The translations under genes were made by a program, and so were the position numbers. Positions 57,816 through 64,000 of a stretch of 64,000 nucleotides of DNA are shown here, one piece after another. Every line of letters starts with the position of its first letter. The first letter of the stretch is position 1. The DNA is taken from NCBI GenBank assembly GCA_963662795.1, contig OY759746.1:1760001-1824000 (forward strand), in the 5' to 3' direction. Origin of the DNA: Spirochaetia bacterium. GTDB taxonomy: Bacteria; Spirochaetota; Spirochaetia; CADAEX01. Under the pieces are notes generated by a model. That model was given only the letters and a program-made list of their open reading frames with translations, did no database searches and was not told the DNA's origin.

Positions 57816-59067
57816 AGCGGGCACTGAAGTGAGAAGAGAAAGAAAACACCTCAAAAAAGCTCTTGATGTAATTTCTGTTCTGCTGCTTGCCTCAGGCGCC
57901 GTATATTATCTAGGAGGCAGTTTTTCAGGCCTTGCGGCCATCTCATCCGGTGCCGCGCTGTATCTGTTTAATATCTACTATTTCGAAGGTCGGATGAGGG
58001 CTTTATCCGCAGTTAAAAAATATCTCTCAAGGCTTACTGTCCCGGTAATAGGTATTGCATCTGCGGTTTTATCCGGCGCAGTAATAATGCTTCTGACCGG
58101 ATATGATCCGCTCCAGTCATACACGGCCCTCTTCTACGGCGGGTTTGTAAAGAACTGGTATGTCGCGGTGCTTAACGCAACTCCCCTTATTTTTACGGGA
58201 CTTTCCATTGCCTTTGCTTTCAAAGCGGGGTTATTTAATATCGGCGCCGAGGGGCAGTACTATATCGGGGCCATGGCAGGAGCCTGGCTCGGGTTTACGC
58301 TTGAGCTGCCGCCTCTTCTTGCAATCATTCTTGTCTATACCGGCGGCAGTTTTCTGGCATCGCTCTGGAACTTCATTCCCGCTCTTCTCAAGGTGAAAAC
58401 CGGGGCGCATGAGGTAATTACCACAATGATGTTTGCCCACATCGCAAGATACCTTTCTCCCATATTTATAAGATCTTTCGGCGGCGACCCGGCAACCTCA
58501 AATCATCCCTATGTTACCTGGGACATCCCTGAGAGCAGCTGGCTCCTTTCTTTCCGCTCTTTTATTCCTGATGCCAACTACCGGCTTCATACAGGAATCA
58601 TCATTGCAGTTGCCGCAGCTTTTTTTGTCAGCTATGTGCTTGAGAACACGAAAACAGGATTTGAGATAAAGGCTGTCGGTTTTAATAAAGAGGCGGCAAG
58701 GGTGCAGGGGATATCTGTCGGGAAAAACATATTTATCGCGATGATGTTTGCAGGGGCCCTCGCAGGTATGGCAGGCATTACCCAGGTACTGGGCCTTGAC
58801 CACAAACTGTTCGATAATCTTCAGGCCGGCTACGGCTGGAACGGAATTTCCGTCGCGCTGCTTGCCTCAAATAATCCGGTAGGTGTTATCTTTACTTCGC
58901 TGCTGTGGGGTGCCCTTGATGCCGGGGGGCAGTATATGGCCAGGACTACAAAGACTCCGAATTCAATAGTCGAGATAATAAAGGGGATAATGCTGTTTCT
59001 GATTGTCGCGAAATATATCTATATTTACGCATCCCGGCTGATTAAAAGGAAAAAAGGGGGGAGGTAA
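57802..59067 (+). CDS. Nucleoside ABC transporter permease (NupB-like)
   Basis: ATPLIFTGL, GLFNIGAEGQ, HEVITTMM and GYGWNGISVALL. Confidence 0.9.
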   Translation: MTGNKAGTEVRRERKHLKKALDVISVLLLASGAVYYLGGSFSGLAAISSGAALYLFNIYYFEGRMRALSAVKKYLSRLTVPVIGIASAVLSGAVIMLLTGYDPLQSYTALFYGGFVKNWYVAVLNATPLIFTGLSIAFAFKAGLFNIGAEGQYYIGAMAGAWLGFTLELPPLLAIILVYTGGSFLASLWNFIPALLKVKTGAHEVITTMMFAHIARYLSPIFIRSFGGDPATSNHPYVTWDIPESSWLLSFRSFIPDANYRLHTGIIIAVAAAFFVSYVLENTKTGFEIKAVGFNKEAARVQGISVGKNIFIAMMFAGALAGMAGITQVLGLDHKLFDNLQAGYGWNGISVALLASNNPVGVIFTSLLWGALDAGGQYMARTTKTPNSIVEIIKGIMLFLIVAKYIYIYASRLIKRKKGGR

Positions 59068-60029
59068 TGTCTGACATGTCATTTCTGCTGTTTTTAAATA
59101 CCGACCTCCTTGTCGCGACAGTGAGGCTTTCAACCCCCATTACGCTTGCGGCGCTCGGCGCGACAGTATGCGAGAGGGCCGGTGTTGTAAACATCGCAAT
59201 GGAAGGGATTATGATAATCGGGGCCTTCTTCGCTGCAGTTACCGCCTTTTACACAGGCAATCCGTGGCTCGGGCTTGCCTCAGGTGTAATCGCGGGAGGC
59301 ATCTACAGCCTGATCCACGCGGCAGCGGCAATCAGTCTCCATCTTGACCATGTTGTATCCGGCGCTGTCCTTAACATTCTTGCATTCGGGATTACCAGGT
59401 ATCTTATGGTCCTTTTTTTCGGCCATCCGGGGACTTCGGACGCAATCCCCTCTTTTCTTGGGGATTATCAGTTTGCAGTTCCCCTGCTTTCAAAAATACC
59501 GGTGCTGGGCCCTGTTTTCTTCAATCAGACACCGATAATCTATATATCTTTCGTTCTTGTAATATTTCTCGCCTGGTTTCTGAAATACACCAGGACAGGC
59601 CTTCATATCCGGGCCGCAGGGGAGCATCCACTTGCGCTTGAGACTATCGGCGTCTCTGTCTGTAAAATAAAATATCTGGCTGTCTTTATTTCAGGGCTTG
59701 CTTCAGGGCTTGCGGGAGCTTATCTTTCCATTGAGAACAATGTATCATTCACCGAAGGGATGACAAACGGTAAAGGGTTTATAGCCCTTGCCGCGATGAT
59801 ATCAGGAGGATGGAGCGCGGCCGGCTCGTTTCTTTCCGCCCTTTTTTTCGGTTTTGCGGACGCCCTTCAGATCCGTTTTCAGGTGTTCAGGATATTCCAT
59901 GTGCCTGAGGAGCTTTTTATTATATTCCCCTATGCCGCGACAATAATAGCTGTAGCCGGATTTGTAAGAAGATCAAGACCGCCCAGGGCAGACGGTGTTG
60001 ATTTTATAATAGAGAAAGAAAATGAGTAA
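59067..60029 (+). CDS. Nucleoside ABC transporter permease (NupC-like)
   Basis: ERAGVVNIAMEG, GLHIRAAGEHP, GKGFIALAA and PY. Confidence 0.9.
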   Translation: MSDMSFLLFLNTDLLVATVRLSTPITLAALGATVCERAGVVNIAMEGIMIIGAFFAAVTAFYTGNPWLGLASGVIAGGIYSLIHAAAAISLHLDHVVSGAVLNILAFGITRYLMVLFFGHPGTSDAIPSFLGDYQFAVPLLSKIPVLGPVFFNQTPIIYISFVLVIFLAWFLKYTRTGLHIRAAGEHPLALETIGVSVCKIKYLAVFISGLASGLAGAYLSIENNVSFTEGMTNGKGFIALAAMISGGWSAAGSFLSALFFGFADALQIRFQVFRIFHVPEELFIIFPYAATIIAVAGFVRRSRPPRADGVDFIIEKENE

Positions 60030-60044
60030 TCAAAGGAGATTTTT

Positions 60045-61097
60045 ATGAAAAAAGGGATAAGACTTGCTGTTCTTATATTAGCTGCGGCAATGATGCTGTC
60101 AGTTGCTTCCTGCAAAAAGGAAGAGAAAAAAGCAGAAGAGAAAAAGCTTTTTGCTTCAATGGCAACTGACGTCGGCGGGCTTGGAGATAAATCGTTCAAT
60201 GACGGAGCAAATCAGGGGCTGGAGCTTGTAAAGGAAAAACTCATGGCCGATGTCAAGGTTGTTGAATCCAAACAGCAGACAGACTATGTTCCAAACCTGA
60301 TCGGTCTTGCCGAAGACGGTTCCGATATTGTCTTTGCCGTCGGGTTCCTGATGGAACAGGCGGTAAAGGAAGCTGCTAAAAACAACCCGGACACAAAATT
60401 CGCGGGAATTGATATCTCGGCAGGAGACGGCGACCCTTCAAACTTTATGGGAATACTCTACAAGGAGCACGAATCAGGCTATCTTGCAGGAGTTGCCGCC
60501 GGCATGATGACAAAGGAATACGCATCTGTTTCCCCTAAATTCAATGACAAAAATGTCGTCGGCGTAGTCCTCGGGATGTTTATCCCTCCTGTTGAAAAAT
60601 TCGAGGTCGGTTTTATCCAGGGAGTAAAGGCTGTCAACCCTGACTGTAAAGTCCTGTCTGTAACAACCGGTTCCTTTGTAGATCAGGCCAAGGGAAAGGA
60701 AGCGGCCCTCGCGATGATAGAGCAGGGCGCAGACATTGTTTTCCAGGTCGCGGGTCTTACAGGCCTTGGAGTTATCCAGGCATGCAAGGAAAAAGGAGTT
60801 GCGGCAATCGGTGTTGATGTTGACCAGAGCGGCGTTGCGCCCGACACAGTGCTTACATCCGCAGTGAAGCAGATTCCCCGGACTGTATATCTTGCGGTAG
60901 AGGCTGTCAAGAATAATACATTTACCGGCGGTACAAAAGTTTACGGAATAGAAGATGACGCTACCGGCATTTCACCCTTCCATGAATTTGAAAGTATTGT
61001 GCCGCAGGCTGTCAAGGATAAGGTTGCACAGGTTACGGCAGACATGAAGGCCGGGAAAATAAAGATCGAAACTACAAGGGCCGCGCTCGGCATGTAG
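60045..61097 (+). CDS. BMP family nucleoside-binding lipoprotein (PnrA/TmpC-like)
   Basis: Lipobox VASC, TDVGGLGDKSFN, GYLAG, GADIVF.VAG, IGVDVDQ and TSAVK. Confidence 0.92.
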   Translation: MKKGIRLAVLILAAAMMLSVASCKKEEKKAEEKKLFASMATDVGGLGDKSFNDGANQGLELVKEKLMADVKVVESKQQTDYVPNLIGLAEDGSDIVFAVGFLMEQAVKEAAKNNPDTKFAGIDISAGDGDPSNFMGILYKEHESGYLAGVAAGMMTKEYASVSPKFNDKNVVGVVLGMFIPPVEKFEVGFIQGVKAVNPDCKVLSVTTGSFVDQAKGKEAALAMIEQGADIVFQVAGLTGLGVIQACKEKGVAAIGVDVDQSGVAPDTVLTSAVKQIPRTVYLAVEAVKNNTFTGGTKVYGIEDDATGISPFHEFESIVPQAVKDKVAQVTADMKAGKIKIETTRAALGM

Positions 61098-61169
61098 ATT
61101 ATCCGGGGCGCCCCTGTTTTTCCGCTTATGTGCGAAAGACGCGGGCGTCTTTTTTTTACTCCACCCCCC

Positions 61170-61907
61170 TCACAGCTTTATGAGTTTTTTTACCGCAGCG
61201 TCTGCCGCAAGCAGGCCGAATATGGCGGTGATTACAGGATAGCTTCCCAGAATATTTCTCTCTCTCCCCCTGACAAAATCCTCCTTTTCCTCTTCACTTC
61301 CCGGCGGGCGGAGCGCGCTTTTCATCGGGACTTCGTCCGAATACACGCATGTTATGCCTTTTTCGATTCCCCTGCGGCGCAGATATTTGCGCAGGTTCCG
61401 TGCCAGCGGGCAGACATCTGTTTCAGAGATATCTGCTGTTTTGATCCGGGAAGGGTCTGTCCTGAGCGCCGCCCCCATTGAGGATATGATATCTGTGCTG
61501 TTTTCAACTGCCCAGGCGAGAAGCTCAATCTTGGGGCCGAGCGAATCTATCGCATCGATAATAATATCAGGCCTTTCCCGGAAAATTTCAGGAAAAGTAT
61601 CCCTGTGCGCGAAAACCTTAAGCGCGTCAACAGTGCATGAAGGGTTTATGCCGCATATCCTTTCCTTTATGACATCAACCTTTGCTCTTCCGACAGTTGA
61701 GTCGAGGGCGCCGATGTGCCTGTTTATGTTTGTAACTGCTATCACGTCAAAATCGGCAAGCGTTATATGTCCAATTCCGCACCTCGCGAGCGCCTCTGCG
61801 GCGAACCCTCCGACTGCGCCGAGCCCGACAACAGCGGCGTGTCTGCCTGCAAGATGCGATAATTTATCTTCTCCAATGAGCTGTGTAAGCCTTGAAAACC
61901 TCTCCAT
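61170..61907 (-). CDS. tcdA: tRNA threonylcarbamoyladenosine dehydratase (ThiF family)
   Basis: GLGAVGG, DFD....NINR, DAIDS, SSMGA, CPLAR..RK and VYSDE. Confidence 0.88.
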   Translation of the reverse strand: MERFSRLTQLIGEDKLSHLAGRHAAVVGLGAVGGFAAEALARCGIGHITLADFDVIAVTNINRHIGALDSTVGRAKVDVIKERICGINPSCTVDALKVFAHRDTFPEIFRERPDIIIDAIDSLGPKIELLAWAVENSTDIISSMGAALRTDPSRIKTADISETDVCPLARNLRKYLRRRGIEKGITCVYSDEVPMKSALRPPGSEEEKEDFVRGRERNILGSYPVITAIFGLLAADAAVKKLIKL

Positions 61908-62772
61908 TTTCTTCTGTCACTCCGCATAATTCCGTTATATCAATATCAAGAAGCTTTGCCGTCTTTTCATAAACCGAAAGAAGCTCACCCCGGTATATAT
62001 CAGGTTCTGCCGCATCAGCATCTCCGGCATGCCATGTGCGGTCGGTTTCAAGCAGCAGAAACCTTTTGTCAATTTTAAGTATACAGTCTGATGCCCTTTC
62101 AGAGAAGAAGCCGCCCCTGCCGTGCGAAAAAAGTGTTCCGAATGAAATATATCCCCCGAGCGATATAATTTTTCCCATTGTCTCTGCCGAGCCGCTGTAG
62201 GCATGGACTATAAAGGGAGCTCTTATCCTCTCCCTTACACTTTCCAGAACCGAAAGAAGCGCGCCCCATTCCCGAACGCAGTGTATTGTAAAAGGCTTTT
62301 CAACTCTTAAGGCTGTCTCAAGCGCTCTTCTGAAAACATACTGCTGCTTTTCCCTTTCCCCGCCCCCAAGACGCAGCCTGTCAAGCCCGATCTCCCCGAT
62401 AAAAGCCCCCGTCTTAAGCGCAGTCTGCTCAAGCGCGGCAAGACGCTCATCATCAGCCTCATTAAAATCCCAGGGGTGAATCCCGATAAAAGGGATGACT
62501 GACGCGCCGCTTTTCCCTTCACGGTGTATCCCCTCCTCCAGTGAAAAAAGGGCCCCGCTCTCCCAGAGATCCCTTTCCCTTATATTGTTGAAAATCATTC
62601 CCGGCCGGATTTCCGGCTCATCCTCAGCTGGTATCCGCCTTAAGCTTTCCTCCCTGCCCGCCTCAGTTCTCCTGCCCTGTTTATCCTCACAGGAAAACCC
62701 GTCAAGCAGAGTCTTCATGCTTTTACCTGAGTCATATCCGTAAAGATGGCAGTGAAAATCGCTTAATACCAT
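61864..62772 (-). CDS. tatD: TatD family hydrolase (start moved to ATG 62772)
   Basis: DFHCHL, GIHPW, IGEIGLD, IHCVR, HAYSGS and LLETD. Confidence 0.88.
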   Translation of the reverse strand: MVLSDFHCHLYGYDSGKSMKTLLDGFSCEDKQGRRTEAGREESLRRIPAEDEPEIRPGMIFNNIRERDLWESGALFSLEEGIHREGKSGASVIPFIGIHPWDFNEADDERLAALEQTALKTGAFIGEIGLDRLRLGGGEREKQQYVFRRALETALRVEKPFTIHCVREWGALLSVLESVRERIRAPFIVHAYSGSAETMGKIISLGGYISFGTLFSHGRGGFFSERASDCILKIDKRFLLLETDRTWHAGDADAAEPDIYRGELLSVYEKTAKLLDIDITELCGVTEENGEVFKAYTAHWRR

Positions 62773-62898
62773 ATCCTGATTGTACAATAAAAAAGCGGTT
62801 TTCCGCATATAAAATTCTTCATTACTGCGCAGGTAATATATAGTTCATTCTTCATCTGCGGCATGCCTGAAATCCGGCTTCCAGAATCTCATTTTTTC

Positions 62899-62927
62899 TT
62901 GACAATTGCTTTATGCCGCTATAGGAT
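62899..62927 (+). promoter_or_regulatory. Sigma70-type promoter
   Basis: TTGACA (62899-62904), 17 bp, TAGGAT (62922-62927). Confidence 0.65.
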
Positions 62928-63026
62928 TCACATCAGCAGCAGCTGTCCCTTTTTGAGAAAGGGTTTTTTATCTCCGGCGTGATTATTGCTGCTTTTGATC
63001 ATGCAGAACATAAGGATTTGCCTCCA

Positions 63027-64000
63027 ATGTCAATCATAAGTGCTGTTTTGTATCCCCTTTCCATCCCTTTCAGAATGACCTTTTCACATGCCGAAGCGAG
63101 CCGTTCAGTCTGCGATTCATATATTCTTGAGTTAAGCGACGGGAAGAACAGCGGTTTCGGAGAGCTGATCCTGCGCAGCTATGTAAATGACCCGGGCGGT
63201 ATTTTCGATTCAAAACCAAAAATATCAAAGCGGATTTCTGAAATGATAGAGGAATTAACAGACGGAAATACCGGATTCATCACTCCTGATGAATTGAAAA
63301 ACAAAGTTCTTGACAGCCGCTGGAAGAATCATGAGCTTCCGCTCCTCGCTGCCGTTGAGGGGGCTCTTCTGGATATTCTCTGCCGCCGGAATAATGCCGA
63401 CATTTACAATCTTCTCGGGCAGCCACCCAAAAGGATGGAACTTGTCTATGGAGGGGTTCTTCCGATTCTTTCAGATGAGGCAATGACGGGGATTATTGCC
63501 GCTTATCATCAAATTGCCATTCCCTATATGAGGGTGAAGCTGTCAAAGGACTTAAGCTATAACAGGCATGTCTTAAAAACAGTGCGGGAGAGTTTCGGCG
63601 GTGATTTTGATATCAGGGTGGATGTAAACTGCGCGTGGGATATCAGGACAACCCTGGATCACATAGAACTGCTTAAATCTTGCGGAGTGAAGCTCGTAGA
63701 GGAGCCTGTCGGCGCTGACCATGAAAAAATGGTAAATCTTGCCGGCCGTACCAGGGGAAGCGGTGTTACTTATGTCGCGGATGAATCTGCAGTCTCTTTT
63801 GATGATATTGCCGGCATCGCCGCAGATAAGACTTTTTCCATGCTTAATCTCAGGCTGGCTAAAAACGGCGGCCTTTTACGTGTTCTTGAGCTGTCCCTGA
63901 GGGCAGAGAAGGCAGGCCTTAAGTATCAGCTTGGCTCCCACGTGGGTGAGACCGGAATTCTTTCGGTAACCGGGCGTATTGCGGCATCCCTCATGAAAAA
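63027..64000 (+). CDS. Enolase superfamily (MLE/dipeptide epimerase-like) protein, 3' end outside the window; absent from the ORF track
   Basis: Manual translation gives MSIISAVLYPLSIPFRMTFSHA, GFGE, MRVKL, RVDVNCAW, VEEP, ADES, NLRLAKNGG and GSHVGET with no stop before the window end. Confidence 0.88.
   Translation, partial: MSIISAVLYPLSIPFRMTFSHAEASRSVCDSYILELSDGKNSGFGELILRSYVNDPGGIFDSKPKISKRISEMIEELTDGNTGFITPDELKNKVLDSRWKNHELPLLAAVEGALLDILCRRNNADIYNLLGQPPKRMELVYGGVLPILSDEAMTGIIAAYHQIAIPYMRVKLSKDLSYNRHVLKTVRESFGGDFDIRVDVNCAWDIRTTLDHIELLKSCGVKLVEEPVGADHEKMVNLAGRTRGSGVTYVADESAVSFDDIAGIAADKTFSMLNLRLAKNGGLLRVLELSLRAEKAGLKYQLGSHVGETGILSVTGRIAASLMK

Overview
Roughly 42% GC bacterial chromosomal DNA, most likely a free-living anaerobic spirochaete (inferred from VFAGGKKE and ASCSKKE-type signal and lipoprotein peptides, a BMP-family lipoprotein and the overall gene content). 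It holds about 45 genes: housekeeping (aspS, purL/purQ, lysA, sppA, degP, tcdA, tatD), ABC/TRAP/RND transporters, and an aminotransferase-iorAB-paaK aromatic amino-acid module. I found no rRNA, tRNA, CRISPR array, prophage or intact transposase. The best candidate for an undescribed system is at 0.5-9.8 kb. There, glpP lies divergent from an operon carrying three homologous attenuator-like RNA elements (GGC..GA..GAGAGCCG-hairpin-U tract). They precede a PotD-like binding protein that appears to have lost most of its acidic polyamine-binding residues, PotABC-like subunits, an atypical DHH phosphoesterase and an orphan mevalonate-kinase-like enzyme. A HAD phosphatase and a glycerophosphodiester phosphodiesterase are adjacent. 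Other points of note: a phnW/GntR/TAXI-TRAP locus with a partly decayed tandem duplication, a pbfA pseudogene, several apparently leaderless genes, a PII-like gene inside an RND operon, a duplicated lysA 3' end, a DnaA-box-containing minisatellite and a frameshift-split nucleoside ABC ATPase. All family assignments come from motif recognition by eye; no database search was run.
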